Source of the DNA: Phoronis australis
Lineage: Eukaryota > Animalia > Phoronida
Assembly (NCBI GenBank): GCA_002633005.1
Contig: NMRA01000002.1
Span: 1,075,278-1,139,277, forward strand
DNA length: 64,000 nt
Direction of reading: 5' to 3'
Positions within the stretch are counted from its first letter, which is position 1; each line of letters opens with the position of its first letter. Shown piece after piece: positions 27,894-41,723 of the stretch. A model generated the notes under the pieces. The model did not search any database. It saw only the letters and a list, made by a program, of their open reading frames with translations, and was not told the DNA's origin. Position numbers and translations under genes: made by a program.

Positions 27894-30800
27894 CGATGTT
27901 ATTGTTGTTGTTTGTAATTTAGTTTGTTATATTATTCACGACTAGCCAAATGCCGCTGAACATGGTTTGGTTATCTGTTTGAGCATGCGCAGATAGTAAC
28001 ATGCAATATTTAGGGAACTACAAATTACCATGTTTCACCAGTCGTTTTAAAGAGATGTTATCGGTTTTACTTTGAAAATCGCATTTTGTGGATCACTTTG
28101 GGGTGGAATACACTTCAATTAACAGCTTTGACCAGAGCTATTCAACAACAAAATCCGTCATGGTTTTTAAATTTTATTACAAATCGACTATTCTGGCGGT
28201 TGTTGGCCAGACATTCCCTGAAAGCTAAGTCAACAGAGCGTTAAGCTACGACTGCTGGGAGTACAAGTCCGATTCCGTACGCGCTGAGGGTGCTCTAGAA
28301 AAACACTTTCCATGTCAAAAATATCACTTTTAACTGATAAACACCTATGAGCATAAACTTGAGCCAAATAAAGCACCGTTCATTACGTCAACGTATACTG
28401 ATGGTCAACCAATCCAATTCTCGGGTATTTACGAACTAATAGCCAACATCTCTTACGCAGTAAAACGAGTCCTCTTTAATTTGCTTTGCACTAATATTCT
28501 TCAATAATACAATCTGGAAAATGACGCAAATGAATTTTAACCCACATGATGCACAATCGGGCCACAATAGTTTCGTTATAGATGTTTTGTACACCCACAC
28601 GCTCACGAAAAACATTCTAGTCAACACCGTGTCATTGCGAAACGCTGCTGTTGTTTTGTTTGACTTGCACGCAGTGCATTAGTAATAGCAGTTATGTTGT
28701 GATCTATGATCTAATTACTAACGTTAGTGGAATGGTGTTCACGATCCAATTATTCTCGCAGCTTGAAGCTGGCGGTTCTTGAGTGACCCAAAGTTGGAAA
28801 GGGCACGTAAGTAGTCGACCAATCAGCGCAGATTACACCTCTGCGTGACCTTTTTAGGAGGACCTTACCATAAATGCAATCTTCCGGTTTTGCTTGGTCG
28901 GCGGCATTCGTCTTCGTATCGGGAGGCTTCATAGTTTTGCGATGACAAATTCTGAAACCGTTTCAGATATTTTGTTTGTAAAATGAGCGGTTTGAACAAC
29001 TGAGCCTACAGCTACTGTTGGTAGCGATAAGTTCACCGCTTCGATTTCAAGTCAAGATAACTGTGCCAAATGTGTTTTAACTTAATCCCTTATGGAAACA
29101 ATGCCGACGCGCAGTCAAGGTCATGATGAGTTAATTCTTAAAGGCTTTTTGTATACCACAGTATCATGACGTTACGTTATCAAGTACGGCTTGCGCAGCG
29201 GGTGGGCGGAAATACTTTTTATAAATATGTGTGAATTACGTAATAAATTCGAGAATAGAAAGCGTTAATGAGATTTCGTAACGACGTTATTAAATCGCAT
29301 TAGATGTAACATGACTACACTTTGGCCATTTTCAGTGAATTCTTCGCTGCATGCGTCTTCCACAAAGGTAGTAAAGGCAACAATACATGCTAATATAAGC
29401 AACTCTGTTCAAACGGCGTGAAAAATATTCTCTGGCCAAGAAATCACTCACAGCTTCAGAGACTAATTATACAGGCTTACACTGTGCATCATGAAAATGC
29501 CAAATCTATCCGCTGGTATTTATAGACATGGCTCGCCACCTGATGGAATTAGTTGGTTTGGTCACAAACAGTCCCTTCGAGAGAGTGTCGGCGGACTGTA
29601 TTTGGTCCTACAGCACGTTGGAGAATGTAAATCTACCATGTATATGCGAACTTTCAATTGGTAGCTCGTTACAAGACGCAGGATTTTGCATTCATAGCAT
29701 AGAGTTATAGGGCTGTTACTGTCATCGCCTTTTAAAACCAGACCTGAGCAGATTCATTACACATTTAGTAATTCTAATCAAAATCAACGATATGAACATT
29801 TCAGAAAATATCTACGGCTAACGTAAGCGTATAAACTATTCAGCCACACCAAACAAGGGCCTCGCCAGTAGTGTGGCAATTTTGAGTAACTCGTCAAATT
29901 TCCTGCTTTCGTACAGTTGTACACGTGCTTCTGGATGTTAGACCTAGCACCGACGAATTCGCATTTACTCGTTCGGTATTGTCTTAGGTTACTACATTCG
30001 TGATAGTTTGGCCATTTGCTGATTCACTTCTGCAGAAATGACTCCCTGGAAATAACTGAAAAACGTAGTCCATAACAACGTGGACTCGGCCCGTGAAGTT
30101 TAAAGTATGTTTCTTCAGATATATTTAATGTTAAAAAGCTAAACCATTGCATCGATATAACCAGCTTGATTGTAATATACATGATCAACTGGGTTACGAT
30201 TACATTTTAGATGGAGACAAATTGTAATTTTATTCGTTTTAGTTGTTTGTAGTCCACATGACATAATCAGAAGACATCGTTGACGTCATCGTGTGTTGTT
30301 ATCTAACTTCATAGCGCTCCACTAGTTGCTTTGAAAAGAAAGTTAAAAAACAAATGTCATGGGACCTTATCGACAAGTCTTTACATTTAGAAGTATATCT
30401 ACAAAACTATGAAATTTAACACGGAAAAGGTATGTATTTTCTGAAAGTAGAAATTCCATAAAATTTGATTTTTGAATTTATAACAATTTTCCACTAATTT
30501 GATCACGTGACCTTGCTTTTTAGGAAAGTTTAGCAAAAAAGAAAGGTGGATTCATGGCAAAACAACAGGATCAATAACATGACGAAATTTCCTATAATAT
30601 AAATGTTCAATATGAAATCTAAAAGAAATGTTACGGTTTTCTAAATTATGGTTTCGTTTTGGTGCTATGCAAGTCCTATTTTGATAGTTTTCAGGTGCAA
30701 ATGTGGAAGGTTTCAAAAACAATTCTGGTGGCGTTATGAAATACCGTGCATAAAGCTAGTATTTGAAAGTTTCATGAGAATCCGATAGGCCATTTCTGAG

Positions 30801-31845
30801 GTTCGACGTTCCGAAGTTAGCCAAAATTGGACATTGGTCTAGACTCCTACATACATGTAACCTACTGACACTATGCGCTGTAACCAGTTACTGGTCTTGT
30901 TTAGTTAGTTAGTTCGTCTACACCACCTGTAAACACTCTTGTTGCGTCATGTTTTTGAAGATACATCTGCAGTCCGTACGGGTTCTGTAAGCATTTGAAA
31001 ACATCATGAAACTTGTCTTTGAAATGTTTGCAAAAATCTGACCATCCCTGCCCACACCTGTAGCATTTTAGCAACAAAACATTTGGAAAACACGTCGCAC
31101 AATGTGACACATTGTTCTAAGCCTGTCCAAACTGCAATATTTTTACACTTTCCAAAACCCTGTGGACCAAACATTGATTTTTTTACTTTTTCTTATGTTT
31201 CTGTAATCCTAAGTTGTCATAAAGGCAAACTGGTCCCCCGGTTCAATTAGTTTTTCTATATGTTCTTGGTCTCAAAGAAAATTGTTCCCGAGACTCGGAA
31301 AATTTTTTTTTTTTGAAAATTCGGGCACAACAAGAAAAATCCGGGCAGCGCAGCGTCCACTAAAATAGACGGGAAAACATTACAGAAGGCGCATGGACAG
31401 CGAAATATATAAAACAGCATTGCAATAAAAAGAGAACTTATTTTTTGTCACAGGGTAGTTGGAATTCCCAATTGTCGAGAAATAAAATCAAATAATAGCC
31501 TTGATCAGAATCGGAAGGAAAATTTGAAATTGGAAGCTTGAGGACTACCATTTTGGAAACAACACTCAATAGCAACATGAAGGCAAACTTACAGGCATTT
31601 TCTCCCGAAGAATCACAAAAATTGTATTTCCTTTGAAGATCAATATTAGGAAAATATTATTAATGAATCGTAGTTTTCGTCTATGCAACGCTTGTATGTT
31701 TTTATTAAGTCACTTATGTTGCACGCTGTGCGTGTATCAAATCGTAGTAAAGAACCCAACGCCAGTCGAGACGTTTCACAGTTATGTAAAATTACTGTAT
31801 TATCCAAGCTCTGTTCAACACTGACCGCAGTCCGGTCGCCGGTTA

Positions 31846-31890
31846 CCATATATGGGACTAGCAACTTCAGAATTTCCAGGAACTCAGCTG
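31846..31890 (+). promoter_or_regulatory. Upstream CArG/TTCCAGGAA/E-box module of actin 2
   Basis: Perfect CArG CCATATATGG 31846-55, TTCCAGGAA 31874-82, CAGCTG 31885-90; same order as in the actin-1 promoter. Confidence 0.65.
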
Positions 31891-32884
31891 CCGAAAGTGT
31901 GTACGGGGTAAGAGTATTGCGAAAGAGGGGAGAGAGGAAGTAGTTATTCCACTCAGATCTGCCTCCATTATAGTCATATTGTAATTTCATGCTTTAATTT
32001 CATTCTCTCAACAATAACAAAAACAATAGTAAAAATCATTAAAATAATAATTTAGTTCTATACCCGACTTTCCCAACTTTACATTAGAATTGTGTGTAGT
32101 CTAAATAGTATTCGTTTGCGTGGTTTAGTGGGTCCATTTACGTTCTGTTTTTCCAAAATGTTGTGTGATGTAAAACGGGCAACTACACGAAGAACTTTGT
32201 CTTAATGCCAATGACGATATTTTGATAAATTAAAAGAAGAGGCTCACTTACTTTTATTACAAGGAAAACGCCACGATAACCTATAAAAAGTGAATTATAT
32301 TTATAAGTTTTAGCCAACGTAAAAAATATGGATTTTTGGAAATGACATGATAGGCGTTTTAAGCATGGGGACGGTGGGGGAGCAGTTCAGTCCCACAGGT
32401 TCGAGCAATGGGCCTCTCAAAATTAGGACAGAATATGGAAACTCGAACATCGCAGCATCCAGAGAAAAAACAAAAGAAACACAGTAAATAAATATTAATA
32501 ATTATAATTACCAGTATCATTATTATTGTTAGCCGTATTATTATTAATATTAAGTACTTCCGTTTCGAAAAGTTAATTTTTACATTTTAATGAAGTAGTG
32601 TTTCTGTTTTTGTTTGTTTTTTATTTATTTTTTTATATATCATGAGACATAATTCGTAATTAATGTGCACGAAAATCTTTCGCTTACAAAACATTTTCAT
32701 TGACCATTGTGTCGATAACCAGTTCCCCCTTTCAGAAGTGAGTTCGTAATTAACAAATTATTGCCAGATTTAACACATGGCCGGTTGGAAGTATTGATAG
32801 CCTGTGTACTGTCGGGAATATGCCAGTTGAGCATAAGACGCGCTGGACGAGAGAAGGATCGACCAAGGCAATTGAAATCGCTAA

Positions 32885-34021
<1,137 letters not shown>

Positions 34022-34321
34022 ACCATATGACATTGAGTAGGCTATAGAAATGTGGTAAAGGCAGCATTGTAACTAATGGGCCTAGATGCGTATTTCTGAC
34101 GTCAAAATGTTATCTGGTGGGTCATTGAGCAGTAAAGTGAACATTGTGACAAATGTTCGAGTGACTCGTGACAGAACTGTACATACGTGTGCGTCTACCT
34201 AGCAACTTGTTAGAGACCAAATCCAATCTCTTGTAACGCCAGAGTAAACCTTGTTCGTTGTAATGTTGTGTCAATTTACAATTTACCATGTTGTTACCGC
34301 AGAACCTCGAACGCAAAAAAA

Positions 34322-34376
34322 AATAAAAAATGTGCAATTGAGCTGTCGATGGTTTTGTATCGTTTTACGCAATAAA
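34322..34376 (+). terminator. Polyadenylation signals of actin 2
   Basis: AATAAA at 34322 and 34371. Confidence 0.55.
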
Positions 34377-35863
34377 CTGCTAACAGACGATATGCACACT
34401 AGGGTGATCTTGCCTACGTACTGCTTACCCTCAACTGTTTAGATTTAGATAGGGTAGTTCGATCAAGAAAAATGCGCTCATGTACTAGAAATCGAACTCG
34501 AATTTTTCGACATTTTTATTAGTCTCCTTTTGTGCGAACTCAAATGTCCATTATCCAGTGCTCGAGTGTACGTATATGAGTTTCTGTTTTAACTTTGCAA
34601 TCGATGACCTCGAGGATTTGAGCTAGTAACTCGAAATATCGGGTAAAAACTAGGTATTTCAAGTTCAAATCCAAAATTATAGCTCAAGTGCTGGTCACCA
34701 ATTGCAAACTACGATTAAACACTACAGTTATTCACGCCAGCTACTATGTAGGCCTACTGGAGCACATAAAGTACTCTCGAGTTCGTACAAATGTTTAAAA
34801 GAAAATGCTAAAGATATAAAATTTTGAGTGCGATTTCTAGTAAAAAGATTAGATTCTAGAGCCAGGAATTTCGGCAAATCACGTTCAATTATTCCTCTGT
34901 TCGATAACCGCGACGTTTAGATTCTGAATCGAGATGTAAAATTCACCTTAATGCTCTACAAAATGTTCACCTCTGTCAGAGTTCGCTTCAGTCAAATATT
35001 TTGAATTACTCGACTTGCATTCAATCAATTTACCATTAGAGATAATCATTGCAGTTTTATGGGCTCGAAATGTCAGATTTTCTAAATGCATTGCGCGTAT
35101 TTAGGTCCATGCGCCAGTGGGGCCCTATAACCGGAATTTGGCGCATGAGCACATTTGTGAAACCCTCGAGTAAAACAGATGAACAAACTTCTGAAATACG
35201 TCAGTGAAACTTGACTAATTATCCGTTTCAAAATGGCAGACTTAGACGTGTATCCAATCAACACTAACTTTTATTTAACTGAGAAACACTAATTGACAAT
35301 ACACATGGAGACACACACGTGTGACAGGAATAACTGCCGGATCCCAAATGCCAAACAATATTACCCGAATAAAAAGTTTCTGATGACGCATTGTTTCGCA
35401 GCAGAACTTAATTACGCACATGACGCAAACTTCCTACAATATCACCGCTATAAGAAAGTAACGGACATCTCGTGGATGTACATTATCACACCTAAATAAT
35501 TTGTGGTCATATACATTATTTTAATAGTTTGGCCAAAAACGCTTGGCAAGTTCAGTGCTAAATTGCTTGTCCGATCTTTATAGCGGCTACAAACTCGCGA
35601 TATTTTGTTTACACCAACTCGGGCGTAGCCAATGAGGAAGGAGAGGCAGAACCCACAAACCACCGCCCCCGGGTGAAAGTCTTTGCATTTTTGCATTTAC
35701 CCCCTATTCAAAACAAACAAGCCCTAGGTTACCAACAATTTTGCCACCCCCTCTTCAGGTGATTACGTTAAACCACTCCCGAGTTCACATAGCTTACAGT
35801 TACGAGATTGGACTTAAATTGTTCCCGATTCAGATGAGAAATGATTTCTGGATTTACGAAGAA

Positions 35864-35932
35864 CATGGGCGGCGCACCATAGGGGGCTGGGGAGCTATAG
35901 CCCCCCCTTTTTTCAGTGCTGCGCCGCCCATG
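35864..35932. mobile_element. 69-bp miniature TIR element, family D
   Basis: TIR catgggcggcgca / tgcgccgcccatg; exact 5-bp TSD aagaa. Confidence 0.85.
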
Positions 35933-36228
35933 AAGAACCGACACTTCGTCACATGTAGAGATTGTGGTCAGCGCATAAAATGACACGCCGTGATTAGCCA
36001 TATAGTAGAGCCCTGTCTCAAGCAACTACAAACTGCCAAATCTTGAGAAGCTCCGAAATCGCCCCCAAATTGTCTCTGGAACAATTTGAAACAAATATCG
36101 TACTAAATTAACAGCTGGTTTTGTGGTTGGTTTGTAGCCGATTTAACTTTAGTTTCATTTAAAAAATTGTCTAGCAGCATAAACAAGAGAGCAGTGAGGG
36201 TGCAAGAACTTACGATTCAGATTAACAG

Positions 36229-36234
36229 TTTATT
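36229..36234 (-). terminator. Likely poly(A) signal of the RRM/SR-like gene
   Basis: AATAAA on the minus strand ~160 nt after the stop codon. Confidence 0.5.
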
Positions 36235-36394
36235 TTTCAACTAACAGCACTCAAAGCATCAAAAAGCCACGATCCAACTTACGCAGCAACATTACACATG
36301 TGAGGAGGATTAACTTGAAGAAACGCCGAGGTAGTCAACGCAAAGGTTTACTAGATGGTCAAGTCAAGAGGCCACGTATGGTACAGCACTATCA

Positions 36395-37553
36395 TCAAAA
36401 TGGCCTCACTCCTTGATTAAACCCACCGAACGTAGCCGGCAGACTATTCTGATGTCCCACGTTTGGCCGATTTCCTGCAAAGACGTTAAAGTTCGTAGTG
36501 GGATTTTGAAGAGGCCTGCACGGTAATGATCCTTGATTTCCCGTAAACATCTGGTTGTTGCCAAAGTTTAAATTTGGAAAACCTTGATTGCTATTCGGAT
36601 TTCGAGGACCTCCGAAATTTCCAGGTGGCCCTTGGCAGGACATGGTCACATTTGGATTGGGCCCTACAGGGCCAGTATGAGATGGCATAGGGTTTGGGTT
36701 CGAAGCACGAGGACCTGGGCCCCTTACAGACATTGGATGCACTTGAGGCGGCATACCTTGATCATTTATCGGCGCTGGACCTGTCATACGATTCTGTCCA
36801 ACATTTCCGAAATTGCAACTCATATTGTGATTGGGAAAATTACCAACAGATGGCATGCCAGCCACCGATGATGGTAGTCTGTTGCCAGAATTCCCAGACA
36901 TCGGGAGGCCACAAGACGGGGCAAATTGCTGTAACGGCACACGAGGTTGGTTGTTAGGATTCAACATGTCAGGTGCGTTGAATCTTGTAGGTTGACCAGG
37001 GAATCCAGTTTGTCCGACATTGGATGACCCACCTCCAAATCCTCTTGGGCCAGGGCCATGCTGACTATGTGTCATACCTGCGTGCGTGTTCTCCACAAGA
37101 GGGCGCTGAAGGTTAGCATTAAAATTGCTTGGTGGCACCTGTGTAGGATGGTTAAAATTGGGAATTGAATTGGGCACAAAGTCTGACCGATAGTTAGACA
37201 TCAGCTCCACAACTACAGGTGACTGTTGCTCTGGCTTGCTGTTAATTAAAATGCCATGAGGTGGCGCTAGGTTTGCCGAGCTGCTCAACTGTGCAGATGT
37301 TGATGTAGAAGCCAAAACCTCCTTGTTTACTGCGGAGTCATGAATGACATACTTGTGTGGCTCACCTCTATTACCATCACTACCACCACTGTTGGCCAAG
37401 GGTGGATTAGAGCTCTCTGAAGTGTAATATCTAGCAGGTTCTTGCAAACCTACAGATAGTTGACCAGAGTCTGGTCTAATGTCTTCAGGCCTCTTCTCAC
37501 CAAAAAACGGACGACCTTCACTGGAGTTGGTCACACCCTTGTAATCACCAAAA
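36395..37553 (-). CDS. RRM/SR-like gene, exon 9 (last): G/P/N/Q-rich low-complexity tail
   Basis: Long open frame; acceptor tttatttccag in phase 2 matches the previous donor; TGA at 36395-97. Confidence 0.85.
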
Positions 37554-38707
37554 CTGGAAATAAACAAAAATGTTATACTTTGGTCAGACTAATATTGTTT
37601 TTGAAAAGGTTCGACATGTAAATGTGGAGAGAAACAGCAACACAATTACTACTGTATGCAGGACCTACAACAGTTCAGCGCAACATCGACCGGTGAAGGA
37701 GAGTTGGGTCATCTTTCATGCTGTCACTGGTGTAAGACACAGCCAACATTGCGACCCTTCTACTTTGAGAGCATCCAAATAATGGTGCCCAGATTTAGTC
37801 AAAAATCTAATTCTACCAGTTGTCTATTTTTAGAAAATATGTACTTTTACTGATTTAAAATCTATAGTTTTGCATAGATTTGGCTAAATACACTATGAGA
37901 GTTGTGATTAGGTCTTGCATAACCCCACCTTCTGTCAAAAACTAATTTTTGATTTAGGACACTTCAAGTTACAACATCAGTCTCATATGCTCCATAATAC
38001 CGAGATTAGCAATGTGACCAGGTTTGAAATGAACCGGCCTGACGTTATTTTTCAGACAGTGCAACGGCACTAAATTGTTCTCAAGCTGGGTTAGTTTCAA
38101 TTTCAAATGCAATGTTGCCATCAGGAGAACTTAAAGAGACTGATGTTAACATTTTGAATTAAAACAAAGGATATAAGAATACCTGTCATAGCTACCTAAG
38201 ACAAAACATGCCTCTGGTGAAAGTTGAATGTTTTCAACAGAATATCATTAGGCAAACCCTATATTCATTTCAAAGCCCTACTGAAACAGACACAGCACAA
38301 CAAAAACTAAGGTTCCAGTAGGGAGGAAGTGTATCATCCTGCTGGTTGACAACCAGACTGCTCTCAGCAAATGTCATGGGGCAGCTAATGTAAGAGAGTT
38401 CAATCCTAACTAGAACCCAGTAGGTCCTAGATCCTAAGTCAGCCCTTACATTTGGTTAGTCACTCCTCCCAAAGGCAGAAATCACGTTGCACCCTGGTAA
38501 CAAACAATTTGAAATATATAGTTCAATCCAAACGTTGGTGTTTTTACTTTAAAAAATCCCAGAAATAGGTGCTTATCTTTAAGTCAGAAACTGAAGTATC
38601 AAATTTAAATTGAGCTAGTATAAACCTGTGTTCGTTTCAAGACAAAAATTTTTAATTTAGGCCACTTATGTTATGAAACTGGGCTCAACTTGTGGCACCG
38701 CACATAC

Positions 38708-39761
38708 CTTGAGTCTCCTGACTGAGGAAATATTTTAAGTATCTCCTTCATTTGGCTGAAACATGCAGCTGAAGAGGACGACTCTGTGACTTTCTGTTGT
38801 CCACCATAGTATTCACTGGCTGACCTGCTGGGAGGTGATCTACGGTAATATGCAGGAGGACTAGGAGACCTCTTGGACCATGACTGAGGGTCTGTACTTG
38901 GGGACAGGGACCTAGCCGAAGGAAGGCGTGTCATTCGCTCTGGATACCTGGATGGGGAACCTCGATGTGTTAATGGACTGGGTGATCGTCTATGTGCTGG
39001 AGGGCTCAAGGACCTTCTCCTAGTTAAAGGACTCGAGGACCTTCTGCTGTGAGGCAGTGGAGACTGTGACCTTCGATAGTCTGAAGGCTGAATTGGTGAC
39101 CGAGCTCGAAGAGGGAGCTGGCTAGGGCTTCTACAGGCAGACAAAGATTGTTGACTTTTGTAAGGCGGAGAATAACGGCTTTTGCTCAAGGGGCTTAATG
39201 ACCGTTTTGATGGAGGCAGAGGTGTTGGGGTATGTCTTCGATATGAATGTGGACTTATGGAGCGCCTGGAGAATGATGCATGCCTTGAGCTTCTGCTCAT
39301 GTGATGTCTCGGGGAACGAGAGCGCTGCCTTCTGGGAGATCGAGATTTATGATGTCGCGGGCTTTGGGACCTTGGCAGTGCATGATGAGATGATGATGAG
39401 TGGCGCCATGGACTCAGTGAGCGCACAGGACTCCTCGATCTGCGGTGGTCTCCACTCCGTGACCTGCAGTGACGGTCTCTACTGTGTGACCTGTGCTGCC
39501 CTGGGCTGGGTCGACGATGGTCATGGTGGTCACCGTAATGCCTGGGAGGTGACTTGCTGAGAGATGTAGGCCCTACAGGGGGAGGACGCCAGCTTCTGTG
39601 GGGCTCCAGTGGCCAGTCAGGTGGTCTAGTGGGCAGTGCTTTTGTAGACCCACCCGGATGAGATGACCAGTGTGCTTCACAGCCACTAGGTGGAACATGT
39701 GGTGAACCCAAGGACCATTGTGGTCCATATGGCCATGGTCGACTGCTGGTTCTTCTTAAAC
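38708..39761 (-). CDS. RRM/SR-like gene, exon 8: Arg/Ser/Pro/His-rich (RSRSP-type) domain
   Basis: Acceptor tttgcag (phase 1), donor AG|gtatgt (phase 2); 1054-nt open frame with many RS/SP repeats. Confidence 0.88.
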
Positions 39762-40055
39762 CTGCAAACGATGGCATGTTAAGTACAATGCAACTGATAT
39801 ATAACTGGGGTGATAGATAAATAAGCTTCAACCCTATTTACCTGGGCAGTGATTAAGAAAAGCAGAAACAATAAAAGGTGCAGTCTGTAGTGAAGTTCCT
39901 TGTCATTTTGTAATCTAATTTTTTCCAATAAAAAAGCATAGATTTCTTGCTGTGTTTTGAGAGAATCTTGCACTGCTGAACTCGCCTGTCTAACCTGCTC
40001 AATGTCAGCCTATAAGAAACAATAAATCTACTACTGGACTTACGGTATGTAGAGA

Positions 40056-40096
40056 TGGCTACGTTGCGTCCTCCTCTCGAGGACTTCATCAGGCCA
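40056..40096 (-). ncRNA. Minimal type I hammerhead ribozyme motif (variant core), pLTR copy 1
   Basis: UGGC-CUGAUGA-A-GUCCUC-gagag-GAGGAC-GCAA-CGUA-GCCA: stems I and II pair, stem III is a palindromic ACGU, GAAA is replaced by GCAA. Confidence 0.75.
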
Positions 40097-40153
40097 CTGA
40101 GTTGTCACGTGACTTGTCATGTGATTCGTCGTACAGTTTCCGCGGGATTCTCT

Positions 40154-40720
40154 TCAGCGCCCTATCCCATGTCCTAGGTAAGTGAAACCGCAGCCCCCCT
40201 GTCTATTGAGGCTAGGATTCTCGATTCTCTCGTAGATAGCTTCTTTGACCCATCTCCGAAACCAATTTTCTTCTCTATCCAGGATCTTCACATCTTCCAT
40301 GGCGAAAGAGTGGTCTGTGGAAGCCATGTGACTAAAAATTGCAGAATCATAGCAGTCCCCATAACTGGACCTCCAATGCTGGTTGAAACGACTTTTAAGG
40401 GCTTGTTTGGTTTCCCCAATATATGCTGCTCCACACCCCGGTTCCAAGCATGAAATGCCATACACCACATTTGATGTTTTCTCTTTGCTGGTTTTGTCTT
40501 TCACATTTAACAATTGACTCCTTATGGTGTTAACAGGTTTGAATACAACAGCAATGTCGTGTCCCCTCATACGTGATTTGATCTGGTCAGCGATCCCTAG
40601 CACAAAAGGCAATGTTACCCTGATGTTTCCCCTATTGTCAGGCTGCGTGTTCTGAGGCCTGACTCTGTCATGGTTTGCCTTGTGGAATGACCACTTTGGG
40701 TAGCCACATCTTTTCAGCAC
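40154..40720 (-). pseudogene. C-terminal fragment of Penelope-like ORF (RT tail + GIY-YIG endonuclease)
   Basis: GYP..VTLPFV..VVFKP..NVVYGISC..CGAAYIGET..R..QH..H..EAIY..PSLNR motifs typical of PLE GIY-YIG endonucleases; RT core absent. Confidence 0.9.
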
Positions 40721-40897
40721 TGTTCTGTTGTGTTCTAATTCAAAATCAAAGAAGCTATCTACGAGAGAATCGAGAATCCTAGCCTCAATAGACAGGGGGG
40801 CTGTGGTTTCACTTACCTAGGACATGGGATGGGGCGCTGAAGAGAATCCTGCGGAAAATGTACAACGGATCACATGACAAGTCACGTGACAACTCAG

Positions 40898-40938
40898 TGG
40901 CCTGATGAAGTCCTCGAGAGGAGGACGCAACGTAGCCA
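40898..40938 (+). ncRNA. Minimal type I hammerhead ribozyme motif (variant core), pLTR copy 2
   Basis: tggcctgatgaagtcctcgagaggaggacgcaacgtagcca, identical to copy 1. Confidence 0.75.
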
Positions 40939-41063
40939 TCTCCACGTACCGTAAGTCCAGTAATAGATTTATTGTTTCTTATACTGACCCAACTGGATGA
41001 CTAAAACATTCATCGTATTGTCAGCCTATAAGTTCGGTTGCAGAAAAGCCACCTGAATTCAGT

Positions 41064-41284
41064 AGAGGAAAAATTTCCAGGTGATGGATCGGCGTTCCAC
41101 AAATAAACAGGCTTGTGTGATAGAAACATTTTGGTGTAGTAAATTTTAAGTAAAATAAACCTTTTGCATGAATAAAGTCAAAATAATGAAAAAAGAGATA
41201 AAAAAGAGAAAACTGGAAATCAAATAAGAGGAAATCGAAACCAAAGATGGAAATCCTATCACAAGAGGGACATTCCAAGCCCTG
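41064..41284. mobile_element. DNA-transposon end fragment; second copy at 49262-49479
   Basis: Two co-oriented copies (ttccacaaataaa.aggcttgtg...gaataaagtcaaaat...aaactggaaatcaa) ending ccaagccc(t/a)g, a CAGGGCTTGG hAT-like terminus. Confidence 0.65.
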
Positions 41285-41534
41285 AGTACATTACTACCTC
41301 GGCCAACATTCGGGTACTTCAATGCTTGACCATCAATTCTCTATAGAACTAAATGTCTGGATTACATGAATCAAGTTGTAAAGACGTTTTATCAATGTCT
41401 GAAAAAGATCAACTCTGACTCACTGATCTATGTTTCTGAGTGGAGTGTGTATTCAGTCAGACAACTTAAGAGTTTCTCTGGAAGCTGCCATAGGCTATGT
41501 GACGCTGAATTATAGTCTGTGTAACCAGACATAC

Positions 41535-41656
41535 CTTCAGAATTTCTCAGGTAGCTAACATAAGCTGTGCGACCATGGACAGAAGTCTTTGCCATCTGGT
41601 GTTTCTTCAAGCTCACCTGTTTGTTGTGAAAGCTATCATACTCTGCATAGACGTGT
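41535..41656 (-). CDS. RRM/SR-like gene, exon 7 (second half of RRM2)
   Basis: tttgctttacag acceptor, GAAG|gtatgt donor; encodes (G)HVYAEYDSFHNKQVSLKKHQMAKTSVHGRTAYVSYL (RNP1-like, helix, last strand); phases 2->1 fit neighbours. Confidence 0.8.
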
Positions 41657-41723
41657 CTGTAAAGCAAACAATTAATTTGTCAAATGTTTTAAAGGAGCAC
41701 ATTTTGGAGTCCAACTCTACAGC

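Larger units (their letters stand above)
40011..41016 (-). mobile_element. 5'-truncated Penelope-like retroelement with inverted pLTR
   Basis: GIY-YIG ORF remnant flanked by ~238-bp inverted arms 40011-40248 / 40746-40983; the right arm continues into a ctggatgact tail. Confidence 0.9.

Noticed and set aside
32360-32420. B-box-like GGTTCGAG upstream of actin 2
   Set aside because: No cloverleaf or properly spaced A box; not a supportable tRNA.
39198-39560. Plus-strand ORF within the RS exon
   Set aside because: Antisense shadow of low-complexity coding sequence.
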